A stretch of 64,000 nt of DNA from Elusimicrobiota bacterium (GTDB taxonomy: Bacteria; Elusimicrobiota; Elusimicrobia; UBA1565; UBA9628), in NCBI GenBank assembly GCA_016191335.1, contig JACPOW010000076.1, positions 24 to 64,023 of the forward strand. Direction: 5' to 3'. Below, piece by piece: positions 26,569 to 35,287 of this stretch. A model generated the notes under the pieces. The model was not told where the DNA came from. It ran no database searches and worked only from the letters and a program-made list of their open reading frames with translations. Positions within the stretch are counted from its first letter, which is position 1; every line of letters starts with the position of its first letter. Both the position numbers and the translations under genes were made by a program.

Positions 26569-27708
26569 GTGAACCTCCCCCGGCCCCTGTCGCACTCTTC
26601 CATCACGCTCTATGGCGAGTGCCCGCAGAAGTTCAAGTTCAAGTACGTCGACAAGATCCCGGAGAAGCCCAAGCACTTCTTCTCGTACGGGCAGAGCGTC
26701 CACCTCGCGCTCGAATTCTTCTACGGGTCCAAGGAGCCGAAGGCGCCCTCCCTGGAAGACCTGCTGAAGCACTTCCGCGAGATCTGGGTGAAGACCGGGT
26801 ATCGCGACGAGAACCACGAGGCCGAGCTGTTCGAGGAAGGCCGTCAGCTCCTGACGCGCTTCTACGACAAGCACGCCAAGTCCTATCACGTGCCGTTCTC
26901 CGTCGAGTACGACTTCAATTTCGAGTACGAGGGGATCCCCCTGACGGGGAAGGTCGACCGCATCGACAAGCTCCCGGACGGCCGCCTGTCCATCCTCGAC
27001 TACAAGACCGGCAAGAAGCTCGCCGCCGGGCGTCTCGACATCGACGCTCAGCTGACCATGTACCAGTTCGCCTGCGAGAGCCAATTGGGCGCCGAGGTCG
27101 GCGAGCTCATCTTCTATCACCTCCCCACCCTCAAGGAGCACCGCACCGTGCGCCGCGGCGCGCCGCTGGTCAAGGAGCTGACGAAGCGCATCGTGGACAC
27201 CGCCGAGGGCATCACGAAGGAGCGCTTCGACCCGAAGCCGACCGAGAACGCCTGCCGCTGGTGCGACTACAAGCCGCTGTGCCCCATCTACAAGGACCAG
27301 TACGCGGGCATGCCCGCCGTCGCCGCGAAGCCCTCCGGCGAGCCGGAGCTGGCCGCGCTCGTCGACAAGTACGGCGACGCGCTGGCCAAGGTCGCGGCCG
27401 CGCAGGCCGAGGCCGCCGCCGCCGCCAAGGAGCTCTCCGCCTCGCTCAAGAAGAAGAACTTCGTCCGCGCCTTCGGCGAGCGCTTCGAGGTCTCCTCGGC
27501 CCCCGCCGTGAAGTGGGAGTTCTCGGACAAGAAGAAGGTCCTCGACATGCTGAAGGCCGCCGGCCTCTACGAGAAGGTCCTCGCCCCGTCGGCCCCGCTC
27601 GTCAACAGGCTCCTCGAGGACAAGGCCGTGGACGCGGACCTGCGCGCGCGCCTGACCGAGCTCGGCGAGCGCGTGGAATCGACGGACCTCAAGCTGAAAG
27701 GCCTCTGA
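26569..27708 (+). CDS. PD-(D/E)XK nuclease, Cas4/AddB-like with four-Cys cluster and C-terminal extension
   Basis: GTG start at 26569, in frame. N-terminal Cys (LYGECPQKF), motif II/III GKVDRIDKL..LSILDYKTGK, QLTMYQFA, then CRWCDYKPLCP. About 115 extra C-terminal residues are Ala-rich and coiled-coil-like. Confidence 0.8.
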   Translation: MNLPRPLSHSSITLYGECPQKFKFKYVDKIPEKPKHFFSYGQSVHLALEFFYGSKEPKAPSLEDLLKHFREIWVKTGYRDENHEAELFEEGRQLLTRFYDKHAKSYHVPFSVEYDFNFEYEGIPLTGKVDRIDKLPDGRLSILDYKTGKKLAAGRLDIDAQLTMYQFACESQLGAEVGELIFYHLPTLKEHRTVRRGAPLVKELTKRIVDTAEGITKERFDPKPTENACRWCDYKPLCPIYKDQYAGMPAVAAKPSGEPELAALVDKYGDALAKVAAAQAEAAAAAKELSASLKKKNFVRAFGERFEVSSAPAVKWEFSDKKKVLDMLKAAGLYEKVLAPSAPLVNRLLEDKAVDADLRARLTELGERVESTDLKLKGL

Positions 27709-27722
27709 CCGGCGTCGCTGAG

Positions 27723-27750
27723 GCCGGACTCGCACCGGTGCGAGTCCGGC
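27723..27750 (+). terminator. 28-nt perfect palindrome downstream of the PD-(D/E)XK nuclease gene
   Basis: GCCGGACTCGCACC|GGTGCGAGTCCGGC. An almost identical unit occurs at 46982..47005. Confidence 0.45.
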
Positions 27751-27795
27751 GGGCTATCCTTGAGGATAGTTATGTCGTAAGCTGGAGTCCGTGAT

Positions 27796-29271
27796 ATGAA
27801 GACTCGCGACCTTCTCCTCGCCCTCGATCAAGGCTCTTCGTCTTCTCGCGCCGTCCTGTTCGATCTGAAGGGCAAGATCGTCGCCCTCGCCCAGCGCCCG
27901 GTGCGCACCAAGCGCCCGAAGGCGGGCTGGGCCGAGCACGACCCTCTCGAGCTCGCGCGGACGCTGGAAGCCGCGCTCGACTCCGTCCTCTCCAAGCTCG
28001 GACCCAAGGACCGCGTGCTCGCCGCCGGCCTCGCCGTCCAGCGCTCGACCATCGTGTTCTGCGAGAAGGGCACCTTCAAGCCCGCCGCCGCCGCCCCGTC
28101 GTGGATGGACGGCCGCGCCGCGGAGTTCGTGGGGCCCCTGCAGGAACGGCAGGGAGAAGTCCATGGCCTTTCAGGCCTGTACGCGACTCCTTATTATTCC
28201 GCGCCCAAGATCCGCTGGTTCCTCGACCGCGACGCCAAGGTGCGCGCGCTGGCCGACGCGGGCCGCCTGCTGTGCGCCCCCGTCTCGACCTTCATCGCCG
28301 CCCGCCTGACCAAGGGCGCCGTCGTCGCGGCCGACCCGACGTGCGCCCAGCGCACCTTGCTGATGAACCTCGACACGGCGTCCTGGGATCCCGGCCTCCT
28401 GGCGCTGTTCGGCCTCTCCGCGGAGCTGCTGCCGTCCATCCGCTCGTCCGCCGGAGACTGGGGCGTCATCGAGCGCAAAGGGCGCCGGATCCCCCTCATG
28501 GCCACCGTCGGCGACCAGCAGTCGGCGGCCATCGGCCTCGGCGCCGCCAACGAGGGCGACGCCGTCGCCAACTACGGCACCGGCGCCTTCCTGCTGCGCC
28601 ACACCGGGCCGCGCCCCGAGCGCGCGCCCGGCCTGCTCGCCTCCGCGGCGGCCACCGTCGGCGACCTGCGCGGCTACTATCTCGAGGGCACCGTCCACGC
28701 GGCCGGCACCTCGTTCGAGTGGCTGAAGGACAACCTGGGCCTCATGAAGGACTCCAAGGCCATCGACGAGGCGTTCAAGAAATCGAAGAAGCGGGTGCTC
28801 ATGCTTCCGGCGATCGGCGGCCTCGGCGCGCCTAGATGGGACTACAGGACGAAGACCGCTTTCTTCGGGCTCGACTCCCAGACCACGAACCACGACCTCG
28901 TCCGCGCCACCGCGGAAGGCTTGTGCATGCTCCTCGCCGACGCGGCGGCCGTCATGACGGCCGCGGGGTCGCCGGTCACGAGGGCGCGCGTCGCCGGCGG
29001 CCTGTCGCGCGCGGACGCGATGATGGGCTTCCAGGCCGACGCGCTCGGCGCCGTGCTCGAGCGGCGCAAGGAGGTCGAGGCGACGGCCCTCGGCGCCGCG
29101 ATCCTCGCCGCGAAGGCGGCGGGCCTGCCCGACCCCGAGCGCATGGCGGACGCGCGCGTGGAGAAGACCTTCGCGCCGAGGTCCGACGAGCCGTCGCGCG
29201 TCCGCCGGCGCGCGGAGTGGACGAGCTTCGTCGAGTCCGTCCAGCGCCTGAGCCGCGAAGTGGTGCTATAG
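27796..29271 (+). CDS. glpK: FGGY-family carbohydrate kinase, glycerol-kinase-like
   Basis: LALDQGSSSSRAVLFD, GWAEHDP, VQRSTIVFCEK, ATVGDQQSAAIGLGA, NYGTGAFLL. 491 aa. Confidence 0.8.
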   Translation: MKTRDLLLALDQGSSSSRAVLFDLKGKIVALAQRPVRTKRPKAGWAEHDPLELARTLEAALDSVLSKLGPKDRVLAAGLAVQRSTIVFCEKGTFKPAAAAPSWMDGRAAEFVGPLQERQGEVHGLSGLYATPYYSAPKIRWFLDRDAKVRALADAGRLLCAPVSTFIAARLTKGAVVAADPTCAQRTLLMNLDTASWDPGLLALFGLSAELLPSIRSSAGDWGVIERKGRRIPLMATVGDQQSAAIGLGAANEGDAVANYGTGAFLLRHTGPRPERAPGLLASAAATVGDLRGYYLEGTVHAAGTSFEWLKDNLGLMKDSKAIDEAFKKSKKRVLMLPAIGGLGAPRWDYRTKTAFFGLDSQTTNHDLVRATAEGLCMLLADAAAVMTAAGSPVTRARVAGGLSRADAMMGFQADALGAVLERRKEVEATALGAAILAAKAAGLPDPERMADARVEKTFAPRSDEPSRVRRRAEWTSFVESVQRLSREVVL

Positions 29272-29299
29272 GGCCCGAAAAAAACCGGGCCTTAAGGCC
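29272..29299 (+). terminator. Overlapping hairpins downstream of the glpK-like gene
   Basis: GGCCCG-aaaaaaac-CGGGCC, and the palindrome GGGCCTTAAGGCCC. Confidence 0.4.
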
Positions 29300-29328
29300 C
29301 AAATTCCTTCGCCGCATTTTCCGGGCTG

Positions 29329-29337
29329 TGCTACAAT
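29329..29337 (+). promoter_or_regulatory. Extended -10 TGCTACAAT, 7 nt upstream of the ATG at 29345 (leaderless-type)
   Basis: TGC TACAAT AATTCGC ATG, with no Shine-Dalgarno sequence. Confidence 0.45.
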
Positions 29338-29344
29338 AATTCGC

Positions 29345-29986
29345 ATGAACCGCCGATCCCTCCCCCTCGTCGCCGTGCTCCTCGTCGTCGCCGGATGCGA
29401 TTTCAAAGAAACGCGTTCCGGACAGATCGCACTGACCGCCGGCACCGCCGGCATCCCGCTGAACGGGAAGGCCGGAGCCGCCACGCTCGTCGCCGGCTCC
29501 GCCGAGATCACGTTCAAGAAGGGCTCCGCCGACAACACGATCGCGATCCGCGTCAAGCAGAGCGGCCGCCCCGACGTGGACCTCGAGGCCGCCGTCTCCG
29601 GCGATTACCGCTCCGGGAACTTCACGCTGAAGGGCTCCGAGATCGGCCAGCCCGTGGACATGGCCAGCGCGCGCTCCTACGCGATCACCGGCCCCAACCA
29701 GCGCTGGTCGAACTGGGAGGACCAGGGAAGCCAGACCTGCATGGTCGAGGTCTCCTACGACCCCTGCGACGAGAACTGGACGGTGGGCTTCCTCTCCGCC
29801 GCCGGCGCCGAGCTCGGCTCCTTCACCTCGCGCTACGCGACGCGCTGCAACGAGCGCCGCTACACGCAGTGGTGCCGCCCCAATTACCGCGAGCCTCGCA
29901 TCCCGGACTACCCTCGCGGACGCGACCGCCGCGTGATCCTGGAGAAGGCTTCCGCGATCGACGCCTCGAACCTCAAGTTCGACTAG
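29345..29986 (+). CDS. Lipoprotein, hypothetical
   Basis: MNRRSLPLVAVLLVVAGC lipobox, 213 aa, several Cys residues. No family recognised. Confidence 0.65.
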   Translation: MNRRSLPLVAVLLVVAGCDFKETRSGQIALTAGTAGIPLNGKAGAATLVAGSAEITFKKGSADNTIAIRVKQSGRPDVDLEAAVSGDYRSGNFTLKGSEIGQPVDMASARSYAITGPNQRWSNWEDQGSQTCMVEVSYDPCDENWTVGFLSAAGAELGSFTSRYATRCNERRYTQWCRPNYREPRIPDYPRGRDRRVILEKASAIDASNLKFD

Positions 29987-30002
29987 GCCGCAAGAACGAA
30001 AA

Positions 30003-30045
30003 GAAGGCCGGCGCCGCTTCAAGCGGCGCCGGCCTTCGTCTTTTC
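30003..30045. terminator. Bidirectional rho-independent terminator between convergent genes
   Basis: GAAGGCCGGCGCCGC-ttcaa-GCGGCGCCGGCCTTC (15-bp GC-rich stem), flanked by GAAAAG on the 5' side and GTCTTTTC on the 3' side. Confidence 0.65.
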
Positions 30046-30056
30046 GGGAGAGCGGA

Positions 30057-30713
30057 TCAGCGACGCAGGTGAGAGATCAGGCGCTCGTAGTTGAGCCCCG
30101 CGAAGCTGCCCAGCTCGAAGTCGGCGCCGGACATGTCCTGGCCCTCGTTGTGCTCGGTGCGGAACGCCGCGACCTTCATCCCGGCGCGCTTGGCGGCGAG
30201 CAGGCCGATGGAGGAGTCCTCGATGGCCAGGCACTCGCCGGGAGGCAGGTTCAGCCGCGTCGCGGCCTCCAGGTAGATGTCGGGAAGGGGCTTGGTCTTG
30301 CCCCCCACGTCGTCGGCCGAGACGATGGTGTCGAGCAGGGGCGTCAGCTCGAAGCGCTCGACGACGATCCGGATCCAGCGCTCGGGCGAGGAGGACGCGA
30401 TCGCCGTGCGCACGCCCTTGTGCTTGAGGTGGCGGGCCAGCTCGAGGAAGCCCTCCGAGCAGTCCACGCGGTCGCGGTAGACCTTCGCCGCGGAGACGTC
30501 GCAATGGGCCAGGAACTCGACCTTGCCCATCGTGAAGTCGTATTCCTTGACCAGGAACCGGTGCAGGTCCTCGACGCCGAGGCCGGTGATGCGGTCGTTG
30601 TCGGCCTCCTTCCAGCCGGACACCGTGTCACGGAAGAACTCGGCCTCGACGGCCTTCCACTGCGCCTCGGAGTCGACGATGACTCCGTCCATGTCGAAGA
30701 TGACCGCCTTCAT
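30057..30713 (-). CDS. HAD-IA family hydrolase (beta-phosphoglucomutase/phosphatase-like)
   Basis: Motif I VIFDMDGVIVDS, motif II IASSS, motif III/IV ..KTKPLPDIY.. and CLAIEDSSIGLLAAKRAGM. Confidence 0.85.
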   Translation of the reverse strand: MKAVIFDMDGVIVDSEAQWKAVEAEFFRDTVSGWKEADNDRITGLGVEDLHRFLVKEYDFTMGKVEFLAHCDVSAAKVYRDRVDCSEGFLELARHLKHKGVRTAIASSSPERWIRIVVERFELTPLLDTIVSADDVGGKTKPLPDIYLEAATRLNLPPGECLAIEDSSIGLLAAKRAGMKVAAFRTEHNEGQDMSGADFELGSFAGLNYERLISHLRR

Positions 30714-32461
30714 GACGCCTCGGGGGCCTCGAGCTGCTGGTAGCGCGTGAGCGTGGCGTAGACCCCGTTCTTGGCCATCAGCTCGCCGTGGCTGCCCATC
30801 TCCTCGATGCGCCCGTGCCGCATGACGACGATGCGGTCGGCCTTCTGCACGGTGGAGAGGCGGTGGGCGATCATGACGACGGTGCGGCCCGGGTACAGGC
30901 GCTCCATCGCGTTCTGCACGGCGCGCTCGCTGCCCGCGTCGAGGTTCGAGGTCGCCTCGTCGAGGATCAGCAGCTTCGGGTCCTTGAGGACGGCGCGGGC
31001 GATGGCCAGGCGCTGGCGCTGGCCGCCGGACAGTCGCGCGCCCCGGTCGCCGAGCGGCGTGTCGAGGCCCTGCTTCATCGCGCCGGTGAACTCCGCGGCG
31101 TCCGCGATCTCGAGGGCCTTCTGCACTTCGGCGCGGCTCGCCCCTTCGCGGCCGATGACGACGTTGCCGAAGACGGTGTCGTTGAACAGGATGGTTTCCT
31201 GGGAGACGAGCCCTAATCTCTTCCGGATCTCATGCGAGGACATGTCCCTCAGATCGATGCCGTCGATAAGAATACGACCCTCGGTCGGGTCAAAAAGCCG
31301 TAAAAGAAGATGCACGAAAGTGGTTTTCCCGGAGCCCGAAGGACCGGCCAATGCGACGACCTCGCCGGGCTTTATCGTCAGAGAAACGTCTTTGAGCGCC
31401 CACAATTCGCGGGACGGATAACGAAAAGAGACGTTCTCGAACGTCACGCCCTTGGTCAACGGAGGGAACGGCAACGGATGGAGCGGCTCGACGACGGACG
31501 GCGATTCATCCAGGATCGAGAAGATGCGTTCGGCGGCGGCCAAGCCCAGCTGCAAGGTCGAGTTCATCTGAGCCAAGTTCTTGATCGGGCCGTACGCCAT
31601 GAAGAAAGAACCGATGAAGACCGCGAACTGCGACGCGGTCATGCGGCCGGCGCCGATGGCGGAGCCGCCGAGCCAGACGATGGCGGCCATGATCAGGGAG
31701 CCGAGGAACTCCATCAGCGGGCCGGACAGCGCGGTCGCGCGGAAGTAGCGCATCATCTGGTGGAAGAACTCGTCGTTCTCCACTCGGAACTTGGCGATCG
31801 AGCCCTTCTCGTAGTTGAAGGACTTCACCACGAGCATGCCCTGCAGGCTCTCCTGGAAGCGGTGGTAGATCTCCCCCATCACCTCCTGGCCGCGCCGTCC
31901 GGAGGAGCGCAGCTTGCGGCCGAGGACGCCGAGGACCCCGCCCGCCACCGGGATGACGATGAGCGCGACCAGGGCGAACTTCGGGTTCGTCGTGATCATG
32001 ATGATCAGGACGAAGACGATGGTCAGGGAATCGCGGATGGCGTACAGCGGCACGAACTGGAGCGCGGACTGCAGCGCGGTCATGTCGTTGGTCAGCTTGG
32101 CCAGGACCTCGCCCGCCTTGGACTTCCAGAAGAAGTCCATCGAGAGGGCGTGCAGGTGGGTGAACAGGTCCTCTCGGATCTCCTGCGTGATCCTCTGCCC
32201 GAGCCAGCTCATCAGGTACGACTGCGTGTATTGGAATATGAGCTTGAGGAAGAAGATCGCCGGGATCATCAGCGCGACCCGCTTGAGCTTCACCGGGTCG
32301 GAGTCGATGAACAGGCTGTTGGTGATGGGCCCGAGCACCCTCACGAGGGTGCCGTTGAGCGCGGCCATGCACACCATGACGACGGTGGCCTGGATCAGGC
32401 GGACGCGGTGCGGCTTGACGTAGCCCAGGAGGCGGTCGAGCGACCTCCTGTCCGCGTTCAC
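30710..32461 (-). CDS. ABC transporter, fused permease/ATPase exporter (MsbA-like)
   Basis: Start trimmed to the GTG at 32461, which overlaps the aminotransferase stop (GTGA). Six-TM domain, Walker A GPSGSGKTT, signature LSGGQRQR, Walker B LLILDEATS. Confidence 0.9.
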   Translation of the reverse strand: MNADRRSLDRLLGYVKPHRVRLIQATVVMVCMAALNGTLVRVLGPITNSLFIDSDPVKLKRVALMIPAIFFLKLIFQYTQSYLMSWLGQRITQEIREDLFTHLHALSMDFFWKSKAGEVLAKLTNDMTALQSALQFVPLYAIRDSLTIVFVLIIMITTNPKFALVALIVIPVAGGVLGVLGRKLRSSGRRGQEVMGEIYHRFQESLQGMLVVKSFNYEKGSIAKFRVENDEFFHQMMRYFRATALSGPLMEFLGSLIMAAIVWLGGSAIGAGRMTASQFAVFIGSFFMAYGPIKNLAQMNSTLQLGLAAAERIFSILDESPSVVEPLHPLPFPPLTKGVTFENVSFRYPSRELWALKDVSLTIKPGEVVALAGPSGSGKTTFVHLLLRLFDPTEGRILIDGIDLRDMSSHEIRKRLGLVSQETILFNDTVFGNVVIGREGASRAEVQKALEIADAAEFTGAMKQGLDTPLGDRGARLSGGQRQRLAIARAVLKDPKLLILDEATSNLDAGSERAVQNAMERLYPGRTVVMIAHRLSTVQKADRIVVMRHGRIEEMGSHGELMAKNGVYATLTRYQQLEAPEAS

Positions 32462-33642
32462 TTCGCGGCGACCGCCGACAGTTTGGGCAGTGCCGCCTTC
32501 ATCGACGCCAGCGCGGTCTCGATGTTGGCGACCGAGTTGGCGTAGGAGAAGCGCAGGTAGCCCTCGCCCATGGCGCCGAACGAGGTGCCGGGAAGGCAGG
32601 CCACTCCCGCCTCGGCCAGCAGGGCGTCGGACAGGGCCTTGGACTTGAGCCCCGTGCCCTTGATGCTCGGGAACACGTAGAACGCGGCCTTGGGCGTCTT
32701 GCAGGTGACGCCCGGCAGGGCGTTCAGGCCCTTCACGATCACGTCGCGGCGGCGCTTGAACTCGGCGACCATCGCGGTCACGGAGTCCTGCGGGCCGGTC
32801 AGCGCCTCGATGGCGGCGTACTGCGAGAACGCGGGGACGCAGGAGTGGTCGTTGGTGGAGAGCTTGGCGATCGCGTCGATCAGCCACTTCGGGCCCACGC
32901 CGTAGCCCAGGCGCCAGCCGGTCATCGCCCAGGTCTTCGAGAACCCGTCGAGGAGGATGGTGCGCTCCTTCATGCCCGGGTAGGCGAGCAAAGAGAGATG
33001 CTTACCCTCATAAACGATGCGGGAGTAGATCTCGTCGGCGAGGAGCATCGCGTCGGGGAACCTGGCCAGGGCCTTGGCGACGCGGTCCATCGTCTCCTTG
33101 GTCATCACGCCGCCGGTCGGGTTGGCGGGCGAGTTGAGGATGACGAGCTTGGTCTTCGGCGTCAGCAGCTTCTCGAACTCCGCGGCGTCGAAATCCCAGT
33201 CGAGCTCCTCGCGGATGGGCAGGGGCACGGGCTTGCCGCCGACGTAGTTGATCATCGACTCGTAGATCGGGAAGCCGGGGTTCGGGTAGATGACCTCGTC
33301 GCCGGGCTCGACCAAGGCGAGGATGGTGAAGAAGATGATCGGCTTGCCGCCGGGGACGATGACGGTCTCTTCGGCGGCATACGAAACGCCGCGAGACTTG
33401 CTCACGTACTCGGCGATGGCCTTGCGCGTGTCGGGCAGGCCGGCCGAGGGGCCGTAGTGCGTGTGGCCCGCGTCGATGGCCTTCTTGGCCGCCTCGCGGA
33501 TGTTGGCGGGCGTGTCGAAATCGGGCTCGCCGATCTCGAGGTGCACGATCTTGCGTCCCTGGGCCTCGAGCGCGCGAGCGCGGGCGAGGACTTCGAAGGC
33601 GGTCTCGGTTCCGAGGCGGGAAAAGCTTTTAGCGAGTCTCAT
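32458..33642 (-). CDS. Class I/II PLP-dependent aminotransferase (aspartate/aromatic type)
   Basis: ..EIGEPDFDTP.., ..YGPSAGLP.., NSPANPTG, FSKTWAMTGWRLGY (PLP lysine). 394 aa. Confidence 0.9.
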   Translation of the reverse strand: MRLAKSFSRLGTETAFEVLARARALEAQGRKIVHLEIGEPDFDTPANIREAAKKAIDAGHTHYGPSAGLPDTRKAIAEYVSKSRGVSYAAEETVIVPGGKPIIFFTILALVEPGDEVIYPNPGFPIYESMINYVGGKPVPLPIREELDWDFDAAEFEKLLTPKTKLVILNSPANPTGGVMTKETMDRVAKALARFPDAMLLADEIYSRIVYEGKHLSLLAYPGMKERTILLDGFSKTWAMTGWRLGYGVGPKWLIDAIAKLSTNDHSCVPAFSQYAAIEALTGPQDSVTAMVAEFKRRRDVIVKGLNALPGVTCKTPKAAFYVFPSIKGTGLKSKALSDALLAEAGVACLPGTSFGAMGEGYLRFSYANSVANIETALASMKAALPKLSAVAAK

Positions 33643-33676
33643 AGCGGGATATTAACCTTTTTGATGCGGTTTTGCC

Positions 33677-34165
33677 TCAGGCCGCCCTGCCTAAAATACG
33701 GCGCTGGTCGGAATCGGCCAGGACCATGAAGCGGCCGTCGGCGTAGGCGTAGACGACGTGGTCGGCGTCGCTGAGCGTGCCCTCGAGGAGGACGAGGCGG
33801 TGGCGCTCGCGGATCAGGCGCGTCTCGACGAGCATGGTCGCGCCCACGGGCACGCCCTTGCGGAACTCGGTCGTCAGGCGCGCGGTCATGACCGGGCGGC
33901 CGGCGAGCCAGGCCGCGGCTCCCAGCGCCTCGTCGAGCGCCGTCAGAAGCGCCCCGCCGTGCACCAATCCCGGCGCGCCCTCGGAGAGGGACCCGAACCG
34001 GGCGGTCGCCACCAAGGACCCGTCCTCCCGGCGGTAGTACTTGAGGACGATGCGGCCCTCGGTGCCGGTCATGCCCGCGAAGGCCCCCCTCGCCGCGGCG
34101 AACGGGAACGGCTGGACTTCCTCCCAGCCGTGGAGGGGCCAGGGCGAGGGGTGGGTCTGTTTCAT
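33677..34165 (-). CDS. Hotdog-fold thioesterase (PaaI/4HBT-like)
   Basis: LVHGGALLTALDEALGAAAW core motif, 162 aa. ATGA overlap with the peroxidase stop. Confidence 0.7.
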   Translation of the reverse strand: MKQTHPSPWPLHGWEEVQPFPFAAARGAFAGMTGTEGRIVLKYYRREDGSLVATARFGSLSEGAPGLVHGGALLTALDEALGAAAWLAGRPVMTARLTTEFRKGVPVGATMLVETRLIRERHRLVLLEGTLSDADHVVYAYADGRFMVLADSDQRRILGRAA

Positions 34166-35187
34166 TCCGGCATTTTAGGAAATTTGACGGCCACCGGGTC
34201 GCCGTTCAACGCGTTCATGAAGGCCACGAGGTCCTTCTTCTCCTGGTCGGTCAGCCCGAGGGGCTTCATTCGGCCGTCGAGATGCGGGTTGGGCGTCCCG
34301 CCCTTGTTGTAGTACTCCACGACGGTGTCCAGGTTCGGCTCGGAGCCGTCGTGCATGTAGGGGGCGGTGTACTTGAGGTTGCGCAAGGTCGGAGTCTTGA
34401 AGGCTCCCTTGTGCTTCTCGTCCTTGGTCTGGGCGAAGCGGCCGAGGTTCGGCTCCTTGGCCTGCATGCCGACCCCGATGTTGTGGAAGTCGGAGTTGGA
34501 GAAGTTGAAGCCGTCGTGGCAGATCGCGCAGTTGGCCTTGCCGTGGAACAGGTTGAAGCCGCGGGCGGCGGAGGCGCTCATCGCCTTCTTGTTCCCGGCC
34601 TGCCACCGGTCGTACGGCGCGTTGCCGGTCAGCACGGTGCGCTCGAAGGTCGCGATGGCCTTGGCCACGCGGTCGATGTCGATGGCTTCGTCGCCGAAGG
34701 CCTTCTTGAACAGCGGGGCGTAGCCCTTGATCGTCTTGAGGCGCGCGACGGCCTCCTCGTGGGTGAAGCCCATCTCGATGGGGTTCTGGATGGGGCCCTT
34801 GGCCTGCTCCTCGAGGCTCGGCGCGCGGCCGTCCCAGAACTGCAGGTCCATGTAGGCGGAGTTGAGCACGGTCGGCGCGGAGACCCCGCCCTTCTGCCCC
34901 TTGATCCCGGTGGACACCGGGGCCTGATCGGTCCAGCCCTTCTCCGGGGCGTGGCAGGTCGCGCAGGAGATCGTGCCGTCGCGGGAGAGGCGCTTGTCGA
35001 AGTAGAGGGTCTTGCCGAGCGCCACCTTGGCGTCCGTGACCGGGTTGTCCGAGGGGACGTCGGGCGCCTTCAGGCCCAGCGGCACCTTGTACGGGTATTC
35101 GGGGCCGTCGAAGTCTCCGGCGCGGGCGGCGGTCGAGGCGAGCGAAGCGAAAGCGGCGAGCAGGACGGCGGCGAGCAGGCGGGTCAT
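34162..35187 (-). CDS. ccpA: Di-haem cytochrome c peroxidase (CcpA/MauG family)
   Basis: Signal peptide plus two CxxCH motifs (CATCH, CAICH). ..[17 protein letters not shown].. and ..[15 protein letters not shown].. are typical of bacterial CCP. Confidence 0.9.
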   Translation of the reverse strand: MTRLLAAVLLAAFASLASTAARAGDFDGPEYPYKVPLGLKAPDVPSDNPVTDAKVALGKTLYFDKRLSRDGTISCATCHAPEKGWTDQAPVSTGIKGQKGGVSAPTVLNSAYMDLQFWDGRAPSLEEQAKGPIQNPIEMGFTHEEAVARLKTIKGYAPLFKKAFGDEAIDIDRVAKAIATFERTVLTGNAPYDRWQAGNKKAMSASAARGFNLFHGKANCAICHDGFNFSNSDFHNIGVGMQAKEPNLGRFAQTKDEKHKGAFKTPTLRNLKYTAPYMHDGSEPNLDTVVEYYNKGGTPNPHLDGRMKPLGLTDQEKKDLVAFMNALNGDPVAVKFPKMPE

Positions 35188-35200
35188 GGGCTCTCCTAGC

Positions 35201-35215
35201 GGATAATAATTATCA
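35201..35215 (-). promoter_or_regulatory. Fur/PerR-type 7-1-7 box upstream of ccpA
   Basis: GGATAAT-A-ATTATCA matches 13 of 14 positions of TGATAAT-N-ATTATCA. It lies 14-28 nt upstream of the ccpA ATG (35187), just 5' of the AGGAG Shine-Dalgarno sequence. Confidence 0.5.
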
Positions 35216-35287
35216 ACGGATTAATCATATCCTAAAGTCACGGGGGCGTCAAGCCCCCTCCGCGGAGGCGCAACAGTCCGGCCCCGG

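Noticed and set aside
35238-35262. Short hairpin GGGGGC-gtcaa-GCCCCC downstream of the kinase-like gene as a terminator
   Set aside because: The stem is only 6 bp, and there is no U-tract on the relevant (minus) strand beyond a weak run. The support is too weak to list as a feature.
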